In this document: positions 28,345-36,284 of the stretch, one piece after another
Layout: each line of letters opens with the position of its first letter
How positions within the stretch are numbered: the first letter of the stretch is position 1
DNA from: Minisyncoccia bacterium
GTDB taxonomy: Bacteria > Patescibacteriota > Minisyncoccia > Phycocordibacterales > Zambryskibacteraceae
Assembly (NCBI GenBank): GCA_041742965.1
Contig: JBGTNQ010000012.1
Span: 1,379-65,378 of the forward strand
DNA length: 64,000 nt
Direction of reading: 5' to 3'
Position numbers and translations under genes: made by a program
The notes under the pieces: model-generated
Database searches by the model: none
Seen by the model: the letters and a program-made list of their open reading frames with translations, nothing else
What the model was told of the DNA's origin: nothing

Positions 28345-28428
28345 GCCGGAGTGGTGGAATGGTATACACGAACGACTCAAAATCGTTTGCTGAAAGGCAT
28401 GGAGGTTCAAATCCTCTCTCCGGCACCA
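28345..28428 (+). tRNA. tRNA-Leu (anticodon CAA), CCA encoded
   Basis: Acceptor GCCGGAG/CTCCGGC, long variable arm, anticodon stem AACGA/TCGTT with loop CTCAAAA, T-arm GGTTCAAATCC. Confidence 0.8.
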
Positions 28429-28496
28429 ATACTCTTTTGGGCCCTAAAAAGGCCAAGTCTACTCGCTTTTTTACCTCTTGCTTTTTTCTTTAATTT

Positions 28497-29393
28497 ATGG
28501 TAATATTAAATTATATGGAGATATTCAAGAAAATACATAACTTCCTTGGAAATAAAAGTGCTTTTATAGCGGGGCTTTTGGCCGTGCTCATTATCCCTAT
28601 ATCTTTCTCTTTCGCAGAATGGAAAAATGATTCTCTCCCCTATCCGCCTGATTTATATGCAATGTGTTTTGACGGTATAGACAATGACGAAGATGGAAGG
28701 GTGGATCTCGATGACCCTGATTGTCCTAAATGCTACGATAGAATCGACAACGATGGAGACGGTCTAATTGATGAAGAGGATCCTGATTGTCCAAACTATG
28801 TTGGTGAAAAGAAAAAAACTTTCGGAGAAATACTAGGGGCGTTTTTCTCAGATGGCGGATCAGTAAACTCTGGGGGCTCTATTGAAGGTGGTGGACCTAT
28901 CACCTCTGGTGGATCTATTGGAAGTAGTGGTTCTATAGTCTCTTGTAACGAAGTGCGCGCAGAACTTGTAAGGAACCCTGATAAAAATGGACCTAGATAT
29001 ATCTATGAATTTGAATGTGTAAATGAAATTGATTTAGGGGGACGTATACGCTCTGGCAGTTCTATAGACTCTGGAGGAAGAATCAGAAGCGGAGGAAGCA
29101 TTAGCTCTAGTGAAACAGTATCATCCGGTGGTTCTGTACAAAGTGGAGGATCAATAAATTCTAGTGGAGCAATTGGAGAAGGAGGAAATATTTCTTCTGG
29201 AGGGACCATATCAGCTGAAGGAACTATAAATAGTGGTGGTCAAATATCTTCCAGTGGAGCAGTATCATCCGGTGGATATATTCAATACGCCGGTTCTATC
29301 TACTCCGGAGGATCAGTGAGCTCTGGTGGCTCAATAAACTCTGGAGGTTCTGTGGGCTTTGGGGGATCAATTTACTCTGGGGGTACTATATAA
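28497..29393 (+). CDS. secreted protein with Asp-rich Ca-binding-like motifs and tandem SGGSIxS octapeptide repeats
   Basis: N-terminal TM/signal, then DGIDNDEDGRVDLDDPDCP and DNDGDGLIDEEDPDCP (thrombospondin-type-3-like). About 25 copies of a GGSI/GGRI repeat follow. Confidence 0.55.
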   Translation: MVILNYMEIFKKIHNFLGNKSAFIAGLLAVLIIPISFSFAEWKNDSLPYPPDLYAMCFDGIDNDEDGRVDLDDPDCPKCYDRIDNDGDGLIDEEDPDCPNYVGEKKKTFGEILGAFFSDGGSVNSGGSIEGGGPITSGGSIGSSGSIVSCNEVRAELVRNPDKNGPRYIYEFECVNEIDLGGRIRSGSSIDSGGRIRSGGSISSSETVSSGGSVQSGGSINSSGAIGEGGNISSGGTISAEGTINSGGQISSSGAVSSGGYIQYAGSIYSGGSVSSGGSINSGGSVGFGGSIYSGGTI

Positions 29394-29400
29394 TTTCTAA

Positions 29401-30306
29401 ATGAAACAAAAAGTTATCACCATAGTCGGACCCACAGCGTCTGGCAAAAGTGGTTTGGCTGTATACATAGCAAAAAAATATAACGGCGAAGTCATATCCG
29501 CAGACTCTCGTCAAATATACAAAAACTTAGATATTGGTACTGGAAAAATTACAAAAAAAGAAATGCTGGGTATCCCCCACCATCTTTTGAGTTTGGTGGA
29601 TTCGAAAAAACAATTTAATGTCAGTCAGTACACCAGACTAGCAAATACTGCCATTAAAGATATTGGTTCGAGAAAAAAAATGCCGATTATATGTGGTGGC
29701 ACAGGACTTTATATAGACGCCCTTCTTCTTGGATTACAATTTCCAGAAGTAAAACCTGATAAAAATCTTCGAGCCAAACTAGAGAAAAAAACAGCTAGCG
29801 AACTTTTTTTGATTCTAAAAAAACTGGACCAAAGAAGGGCAAGGGACATAGATAAGAACAATAAAGTTCGTCTGGTTAGAGCTATTGAAATCGCCAAATC
29901 TTTGGGGCATGTACCAAATCTAAAGAAAAAAAATACTGATTTTGATGTTCTTTGGATCGGAATAAGGCCAGATGACGAAACTCTCAAAAAAAATATTTCG
30001 AAAAGACTCACAGCAAGAATGAAAAGAGGAATGATATCTGAAGGAAAGAAGCTCAAAAAAAACGGTTTAAGCTTAAGGAGGTTTGATAGTCTCGGTCTTG
30101 AATATAGATACTTAGGAAAATTTCTAAAAAAAGAACTGACTAAAAAAGAAATGTTGGAAAAACTCGAAAAAGAGATATGGCAATATGCTAGAAGACAGAT
30201 AACTTGGTTTAAGAGGAATAAGGATATAGTTTGGTTTAAAGACAATTCAAAATATAGTTCACAAAAAATTATTGGAGTTATAAATAAGTGGCATTTGAAA
30301 GGATAG
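29401..30306 (+). CDS. miaA: tRNA dimethylallyltransferase
   Basis: P-loop GPTASGKS, then DSRQIY and the DIGTGK motifs. Confidence 0.85.
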   Translation: MKQKVITIVGPTASGKSGLAVYIAKKYNGEVISADSRQIYKNLDIGTGKITKKEMLGIPHHLLSLVDSKKQFNVSQYTRLANTAIKDIGSRKKMPIICGGTGLYIDALLLGLQFPEVKPDKNLRAKLEKKTASELFLILKKLDQRRARDIDKNNKVRLVRAIEIAKSLGHVPNLKKKNTDFDVLWIGIRPDDETLKKNISKRLTARMKRGMISEGKKLKKNGLSLRRFDSLGLEYRYLGKFLKKELTKKEMLEKLEKEIWQYARRQITWFKRNKDIVWFKDNSKYSSQKIIGVINKWHLKG

Positions 30307-30345
30307 TGAGTTATCTGGTAGGATGAGCTTCTGTGAGAGTGATAC

Positions 30346-30416
30346 GGGCGATTAGTTTAGTGGTAGAACAGCGGTCTCCAAAACCGCTGGCGAGGGTTCG
30401 ATTCCTTCATCGCCCG
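30346..30416 (+). tRNA. tRNA-Trp (anticodon CCA)
   Basis: Acceptor GGGCGAT/ATCGCCC, anticodon stem GCGGT/ACCGC with loop CTCCAAA, T-arm GGGTTCGATTCC. Confidence 0.8.
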
Positions 30417-30420
30417 CAAT

Positions 30421-30548
30421 GATTCACGAAAACAGCCGGGGGCTGTTTGAGTGATTTATCAATGCGAGGTGGATGAGGAATCGAAAGCCGGAGGCAGACG
30501 TGCCGAGGCGGGGTCGAGAGATTTTTCAGCAGAAAAATACTCGTGACC
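30421..30548 (+). repeat. element E2 (128 nt) between 21-nt direct repeats of the tRNA-Trp 3' end (30400..30420 and 30549..30569)
   Basis: gattccttcatcgcccgcaat, running from the T-loop to the discriminator plus 4 nt, is duplicated. The insert carries ggaatcgaaag, ccgaggcggggtcgagag and atttttcagcagaaaaa and ends tactcgtgacc. Confidence 0.65.
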
Positions 30549-30588
30549 GATTCCTTCATCGCCCGCAATCTAGTTATATTTATATATC

Positions 30589-31812
30589 CTATATCCTAGG
30601 AATCTCCGGATTTATGCGTGTAAGAGTTTCGTAATTTATTGTTCCCGCTAATTGTGCGACCTCTTCTGCAGAGATACTGCCTTTACCATCTTTACCTATT
30701 AAGGTGACTATTGTTCCCGGCTTCGCCCCCCTTATATTATTTAAATTAACGACCATCATATCCATCGATATTGTGCCCAAAACTTTAGCCTTTTTCCCAT
30801 TAACTAAAACTATTCCTTTTTTAGAAAGAGCGCGGGGATATCCATGCCAATAACCAACGGGGCAAATACCAATCTTTGTATCTCTAGAAACCTTTTCAGT
30901 AAGCCCATAACCTAGAGCATCACCATTTTTTATATTTTTTATTTCTGAGATAATTGTTTTCCAAGAAAGAGCTGGGATAAGTTTTTTTATTTTATGTTTT
31001 TTAGAAATCCAATCAGATGGGTATATGCCATAGAGAGCAATCCCCGCTCGGACATAGTCATATTTTTTCTTTAATTTTAAAAATACCCCAGAACTTGAAA
31101 ACAAATGCTTCTCCAATTTATAACCAGCAGTATCAAAAAAAGTGGCCCACTCTTCAAACCTTTTAATCTGCTTGTTGGTAAAACCTCTGCCACCGCGCTC
31201 GTCTAACACTGCGCAATGAGAATAGAGACCATTTATTTTCACCCCGTTAGAGAACGCTCCGTAGGTGTTTCCTCCCGTATGAACATTGGGTCCAGTGCCA
31301 CTTGTAAGTTCTCTAGCGGGGCTTACTGCCATCGGTAGTTTGTTTAAAAGAGAAAGGACTTCTCTTCTGTCACTTTCTAGAAAACCCTGTCTATGAAGTC
31401 CAGTATCTACTTTCAGAGAAACAAGTAGTGGTTTTTTACTTTTAAATCTCAAGAGGTCCTTCAAAGAATCGATACTTGAAATCGTGAGCTCAATATCTCT
31501 TCTAGACGCCTCTTGGAAATGAGAGTCTAAAGTAAAACCCAAAACAAGTACAGGCGCCTTAATACCAGCCTTCCTTAAAATGATCGCTTCTTCAAAAGAA
31601 TCTACAGCAAACTTTGAAGCAAATTTTTTTTCTAATATCTGTGAAATACCAACAATGCCATGACCGTAGGCATTTGATTTTACAACTGCCATAAGTTTGG
31701 TTCCTTTTGGTAGCAAGCCTTGAATCACGGTCATATTGTGAACCAAAGCCTTAGTATCTATCTCTACCCAAGTCCTAGTGTTAGGCTTAATTTTCATGAA
31801 TCCATAATACAC
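30589..31812 (-). CDS. alr: alanine racemase
   Basis: PLP-binding motif VVKSNAYGHG and the C-terminal beta-domain. Confidence 0.85.
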   Translation of the reverse strand: MYYGFMKIKPNTRTWVEIDTKALVHNMTVIQGLLPKGTKLMAVVKSNAYGHGIVGISQILEKKFASKFAVDSFEEAIILRKAGIKAPVLVLGFTLDSHFQEASRRDIELTISSIDSLKDLLRFKSKKPLLVSLKVDTGLHRQGFLESDRREVLSLLNKLPMAVSPARELTSGTGPNVHTGGNTYGAFSNGVKINGLYSHCAVLDERGGRGFTNKQIKRFEEWATFFDTAGYKLEKHLFSSSGVFLKLKKKYDYVRAGIALYGIYPSDWISKKHKIKKLIPALSWKTIISEIKNIKNGDALGYGLTEKVSRDTKIGICPVGYWHGYPRALSKKGIVLVNGKKAKVLGTISMDMMVVNLNNIRGAKPGTIVTLIGKDGKGSISAEEVAQLAGTINYETLTRINPEIPRI

Positions 31813-31823
31813 GAGCGCCCATA

Positions 31824-31866
31824 AAACAACATTCCAACATTCTGGAGAATGTTGGAATGTTGTTTA
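31824..31866 (-). terminator. 19-bp perfect palindrome/terminator-like hairpin downstream of rpmG
   Basis: aaacaacattccaacattc-tgga-gaatgttggaatgttgttt. The U-tract on the minus strand is weak. Confidence 0.45.
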
Positions 31867-31894
31867 GATTTAAGTATATAAAATAGACCTAATG

Positions 31895-32050
31895 CTACTT
31901 TTTTGCCTCCTTGAAAACCACTCTCTTTCGGAGCTTTTTGCTGTACTTTTTGAGCTCAATCTTTCGCTCAACCTTCTTTTTATTCTTGCGAGTATAATAG
32001 ACCTCCTTGGTCTCCTTATTCCTCAACACAATAAGATTATCTTGTGACAT
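31895..32050 (-). CDS. rpmG: 50S ribosomal protein L33 (Cys-less type)
   Basis: MSQDNLIVLRNKETKEVYYTRKNKKKVERKIELKKYSKKLRKRVVFKEAKK fits the L33 pattern YxTxKNKrn...LELKKY..RKh..h.E.K. Start taken at the internal Met. Confidence 0.7.
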   Translation of the reverse strand: MSQDNLIVLRNKETKEVYYTRKNKKKVERKIELKKYSKKLRKRVVFKEAKK

Positions 32051-32125
32051 AGTAGAAGCTAGAATAGCATGTAAATATAAAATTGCAAATAGACAATGAG
32101 CCATACCAGATTACTCCGGCATGGC

Positions 32126-32602
32126 TCATTTTTGAGCTCTTGTAGGCAGGAATCGGCCACGACACCAAGCCACAGAATACTTGGTCAGAGTTCCAGTGAG
32201 AAAGCACATCACTAGATGTGCTAGGCACCCAGGAACCACCTGCAAAATCGAGACTCCTGCAACTAAAGAACTTGCCGTGTATGTTGGTAAAATGAAAGCC
32301 GACAAGAGAAAGCCATCAACCAACATGACCCAAACTAACGATGAGCCCTTCGGAGCATAGCGCGCGCTAACAAACTCAACCCTAGCAGTATAATACTTGC
32401 TCAGCACATACTTAGAACACAAGTAAATGATATGAGCAGTACCAACCTGCGCCAAAGAAAACCCCCCTATGAATTTGCTAATCAGGGGCACCACCCCTCC
32501 CAAGGGAATACCCACCAAGAGAAGTCCTAGGTTTCCAACAAACCACTCTCTGAGGGTAAGATAGGCGGATTGCCAGCTCCACTTTCTGAAACTCAGTATC
32601 AA
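32126..32602 (-). CDS. hypothetical polytopic membrane protein
   Basis: 158-aa ORF with 4 predicted TM segments and no recognisable family. Confidence 0.4.
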   Translation of the reverse strand: MILSFRKWSWQSAYLTLREWFVGNLGLLLVGIPLGGVVPLISKFIGGFSLAQVGTAHIIYLCSKYVLSKYYTARVEFVSARYAPKGSSLVWVMLVDGFLLSAFILPTYTASSLVAGVSILQVVPGCLAHLVMCFLTGTLTKYSVAWCRGRFLPTRAQK

Positions 32603-32691
32603 AACACACCCCCTTTCCTATTCTAGAGTTGGAAACAGTGTACATCTTTCTCGAATGCTATCCCAAGAAAACAAATAGTCAAATCTTATTT

Positions 32692-32820
32692 TTAAAAGAG
32701 TAGCCTAGCTAGAAGTACCACAAGTGCGATAACAAGTAATGTATGTACTAAATTACCGCCAACATTAAAACTAAAGCCTAGGAGCCAGAGAACCAATAAA
32801 ACTATAATTATAGTCCACAT
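32692..32820 (-). CDS. lmo0937-family micro membrane protein (42 aa), missed by the ORF track
   Basis: MWTIIIVLLVLWLLGFSFNVGGNLVHTLLVIALVVLLARLLF is a paralog of 1542..1694. Confidence 0.5.
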   Translation of the reverse strand: MWTIIIVLLVLWLLGFSFNVGGNLVHTLLVIALVVLLARLLF

Positions 32821-32841
32821 ATTTTTATTTAATTAATTAAA

Positions 32842-33387
32842 TCAATCAATCAATAATAAGCACAATAAAGACACTGGGGGTAGAATATGCAAAGCCTTGA
32901 GTTTCTGAAGTCCTCGATGTACCTGCACCGCAATGGTATTCTTTGATTTTTTACTGATTAGGGACATTTCTTCAAGAGTTAGGCCTTTTACATATTTCAT
33001 AGTCATCACTTCACGATACTTAGCTGGAAGTCTTTCAATAAGAGAAGCGGCGGTATTTCCATCTATGGAATCAAACAATCGATCGGAATCATCAATCCCC
33101 GGTTCAAACCCCTTCTCTAAAAGACTGTCTAGGGAGGTTGGCTTGCGTTTTCTATACTGGTCTATAATAAGGCCATTCAAGACATGATAAAGAAATGCTT
33201 TCATTAGATGAATTTTTCCACCCTTAACAAGATACTTCCAGGTCTTTAGAAAAGTTTCTTGAACCATATCCTCGCTCACACCAGGGTCATTTAATTTAAA
33301 GAAGGCGTGCTTATTGAGGCTTTTGTTGTGATCTTCATAAGCCACGGTCATTGTAGCTTGTAGTTTTGTATTATCTTTTCGAGTCAT
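32842..33387 (-). CDS. ECF-type RNA polymerase sigma-70 factor
   Basis: Region 2 (DMVQETFLKTWKY) and region 4 (YREVMTMKYVKGLTLEEMSLISKKSKNTIAVQVHRGLQKLK). Confidence 0.8.
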   Translation of the reverse strand: MTRKDNTKLQATMTVAYEDHNKSLNKHAFFKLNDPGVSEDMVQETFLKTWKYLVKGGKIHLMKAFLYHVLNGLIIDQYRKRKPTSLDSLLEKGFEPGIDDSDRLFDSIDGNTAASLIERLPAKYREVMTMKYVKGLTLEEMSLISKKSKNTIAVQVHRGLQKLKALHILPPVSLLCLLLID

Positions 33388-33590
33388 GGTGATTATATAT
33401 ATGGAGCCGAAACAGAAGAGGTATTATTACCAAAGTATTACTTTGATTACCTTAAATCCTAATATACCTATACCACTGGGCATTTGACTGCTGTGTCTCT
33501 GATTTATCTATTACAAGACGATTACATAAAAACAAGAAGGGGAAGATCTAAACAGATTCTCATTATATCACAAATAGTTCAAAATTTCTT

Positions 33591-34217
33591 TTGCAATATT
33601 TTACACCAAGATTCGGCTTCAAGAGTATGGAAACAAGCAAAAACAACCCGTGGGCAGGTATGAAACCAAATGGGTCTCAATTCTTCTTTGAAAAGTTGTG
33701 GGGAGAAAGCTGGACATACATCAAAACAGTAGTGGATGTCGTGCGAGAACCTGTTTTGGTATTAGACAAAGATCTTTGTGTATTGGCTGCCAATGAGCCA
33801 TTTTACAAAACATTCAAAGTTACACCAGAAGACACGGAAAACAGACTAGTCTATGAGCTTGGAAATGGTCAGTGGGATATCCATTCACTAAAAAAACTTT
33901 TAGAAGATATTCTACCAGAAGACTCTTTCTTCAAAGGTTTTGAAGTAGCACATGACTTCCCCTCTATTGGAAGGAAATTGATGATTTTAAATGCGCGTAG
34001 AATATATAAAAACACACCAGCTACAGAAAAATTCCCGCCTATTATTCTACTTGCTATAGAAGACATAACCCAAATGGTAGAGGTGGCTGAAAAACTGGCT
34101 GATCATAGAAAACAATTTGAAACCAAACTAACAGAGAGAACACAAAAACTAGAAATTCATATAGGACAACTCGAAGATGAGATTGATGCCTTAAAAAGGA
34201 AGTCTCTTCAATATTAG
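33591..34217 (+). CDS. PAS-domain protein with C-terminal coiled coil
   Basis: PAS-like core EPVLVLDKDLCVLAANEPFYKTF...GRKLMILNARRI, followed by a heptad-rich tail. Confidence 0.55.
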   Translation: MQYFTPRFGFKSMETSKNNPWAGMKPNGSQFFFEKLWGESWTYIKTVVDVVREPVLVLDKDLCVLAANEPFYKTFKVTPEDTENRLVYELGNGQWDIHSLKKLLEDILPEDSFFKGFEVAHDFPSIGRKLMILNARRIYKNTPATEKFPPIILLAIEDITQMVEVAEKLADHRKQFETKLTERTQKLEIHIGQLEDEIDALKRKSLQY

Positions 34218-34241
34218 AATGCGCCCAAAATAAAAGTATTT

Positions 34242-34277
34242 AACCTCGGGACAAGCCCCGAGGTTAAACTTTTTGTT
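34242..34277 (+). terminator. Rho-independent terminator
   Basis: aacctcggg-acaagc-cccgaggtt followed by aaactttttgtt. Confidence 0.7.
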
Positions 34278-34465
34278 ACGACATCGACTTGGGCGCTGAG
34301 AACGAGAATACTCGTCAACACACTCCTCGCTAGTCGTAATTAATGAATAGACCACCACCCCGTAAGGACGCGTTCTATTGCTCAGAAATCCTTATCGGCT
34401 AATTCGCACGAATTAGCCGATAGAGATATGTGTGTGTAGTGGTTAAGGTGAAGCCTGAATACAAC

Positions 34466-35164
34466 TCAAACAGGTGTTACGAGCTCCGTGAAAACGACTG
34501 TCCTTTTGGTATAAAGCCTTTGGTCTGCTATCCAATCTCCAGAACAAGTTATTAAGTTGAGGCGAGACTTTGAATCATTACTAAGAAATACATCCTCCGT
34601 TGGAGCATCGTGTTCATATACCACAACATTAACAACCTTAAACTCTAATATTTTTCCTCTTTTATCTATGACCTTCACCACATCGCCCAAAGTTAATTTA
34701 TTTAGATCATAAAAAATGGCCTCAGGAACATTTCTTCCATCTACATGACCGGCAATAACCGCGCTTCCTGGCATCCCAGGGGCTACTCCACGGTTATACC
34801 AAGCTACTTCGGTAAAGTTTGAGGGAATGCCCATATTGCCACTGTCAGTTAACCCCACACTCTGAATCGTAGTATCCACCCCAATCGAGGGTATAAGTAT
34901 TCTCGCTGGTTTATCGGGCGCATCAAAAGAGGAACCGGAATCAATCTTTATAGAAAAATCTTCTGCTACCTCATTATTTAAAAAAGAATCTTGAACCACC
35001 CCAATATAGGGATTTTGCACTACATCAATAGTGGGACCCTTAGCTATCTGACTATGGGTCTGTATTTGAAAAAAAACCGAAAGGCCTGCTGAAAGCAGGC
35101 CTACGCTAAGGAATAGGAGAAATACCCTTTTCCAATAATATAATTTTGTAGAATTGGCCCTCAT
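34466..35164 (-). CDS. sortase (class E/F-like)
   Basis: N-terminal TM, the ILIPSIGVD beta-strand, the active-site His (AGHVDG) and the LITC cysteine motif. Confidence 0.75.
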   Translation of the reverse strand: MRANSTKLYYWKRVFLLFLSVGLLSAGLSVFFQIQTHSQIAKGPTIDVVQNPYIGVVQDSFLNNEVAEDFSIKIDSGSSFDAPDKPARILIPSIGVDTTIQSVGLTDSGNMGIPSNFTEVAWYNRGVAPGMPGSAVIAGHVDGRNVPEAIFYDLNKLTLGDVVKVIDKRGKILEFKVVNVVVYEHDAPTEDVFLSNDSKSRLNLITCSGDWIADQRLYTKRTVVFTELVTPV

Positions 35165-35199
35165 ATCACATAGTAGCGCCGGTTTGGCGGATTACTTCT

Positions 35200-35814
35200 T
35201 TATTGACCGTAACCACCACCAGTATTTGGAAATCCAGGAGTTGTTGGCACAGATACAACATTTGAGAAAACATTTGTTGCACATGTCGCAATAAGCCCAT
35301 TACTAGTAACACTCAGAGTTTTAAGACCTATCGATGCATAGTTTGCAGTAAATCCTGATCCATTTGGATTAGCAATAGTTAGATCTGGAGAAGACCAGGA
35401 ATACTCCCCATTACCACCAGAAGCAGAGAAGGTGGCATTTTGACCCAACATAACACTTTGTACTGCGGGAGAACAAGAGAGATTACCACTAGAAGATTGC
35501 GTGCCCGAAACGATCACATTACACATCGCTGTCTGTCCACCACTAGATACATTTACTTGAAATGTCCCAGTATTTGGATAGCTGACCGCGAATTGAGTAC
35601 CGGAAGAATTTGTAACATTCAAATCCTGACCAGACCAAAAGTAAGTTCCAGTACCACCAGAAGCAGTAAGAACCATTACCTCATTTACATTAACAGAAGA
35701 TGACCCTGTACTACAGCTCAAAGTAGGAGTGGTCTGAGCAAAGCTCAGTGTACCAAAACTCATACCCAAAACCATAATAATAGCCATTAGTAACATAGGT
35801 AGATATTTTTTCAT
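35200..35814 (-). CDS. secreted tandem Ig-like-domain protein, candidate sortase substrate with an atypical C-terminus (...FPNTGGGYGQ)
   Basis: Signal peptide; two ~70-aa repeats (LSCS...GTYFWSGQDL / GEYSWSSPDL); ends PNTGGG with no TM or basic tail. Confidence 0.5.
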   Translation of the reverse strand: MKKYLPMLLMAIIMVLGMSFGTLSFAQTTPTLSCSTGSSSVNVNEVMVLTASGGTGTYFWSGQDLNVTNSSGTQFAVSYPNTGTFQVNVSSGGQTAMCNVIVSGTQSSSGNLSCSPAVQSVMLGQNATFSASGGNGEYSWSSPDLTIANPNGSGFTANYASIGLKTLSVTSNGLIATCATNVFSNVVSVPTTPGFPNTGGGYGQ

Positions 35815-35912
35815 TTTATATATTTTTTATTTTTAATACGGATAATTCGACCTTTTCCATACAACAACGGAGCCGAATTACCTCTGGAGGTATTACAAAT
35901 ATAAAAAATGCT

Positions 35913-35953
35913 CAAAGCCCCACTTGGAAACTTAGTTTCCAAGTGGGGCTTTG
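35913..35953. repeat. palindromic element CACTTGGAAAC family, copy 1 (20+20 bp perfect hairpin)
   Basis: caaagccccacttggaaact-t-agtttccaagtggggctttg. On the minus strand a U-tract follows, so it is terminator-like. Confidence 0.7.
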
Positions 35954-36120
35954 AGGTATTGAAAATCTCAGTGTTTATACTGAGCGGACTAAGCGAGTCG
36001 GAGTATCGCCGGGAAGGATTCGGTCAGGAGTTTTCGTCTACTGACAAAACTCACAACCCTGCCTCCCTCGCCTTCGCTCGGTCCGGCTTTCTCGTCTCTA
36101 CCCGGACAGCACCGACTTGC

Positions 36121-36153
36121 AAAAAAGCTGAGTCCTCATGACTCAGCTTTTTT
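36121..36153. terminator. bidirectional terminator hairpin
   Basis: aaaaagctgagtc-ctca-tgactcagcttttttt. Confidence 0.65.
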
Positions 36154-36161
36154 TAGCAAGT

Positions 36162-36244
36162 GTGCGCCGGGAAGGATTCGAACCTTCGTAGCCCGAAGGC
36201 GAGAGATTTACAGTCTCTTGTAATTGACCACTCTACCACCGACG
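36162..36244 (-). tRNA. tRNA-Tyr (anticodon GTA)
   Basis: Minus strand: acceptor GCGTCGG/CCGGCGC (one G-U pair), anticodon stem AGAGA/TCTCT with loop CTGTAAA, long variable arm, T-arm GGTTCGAATCC. Confidence 0.75.
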
Positions 36245-36284
36245 CAATGTCCTCCATTCTATCGGAGAGCTGATATTTTACAAG

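Noticed and set aside
35908-36141. ORF 35908..36141 (+) of 77 aa
   Set aside because: It spans the 41-nt perfect palindrome and the bidirectional terminator, so it is better explained as structured intergenic DNA.
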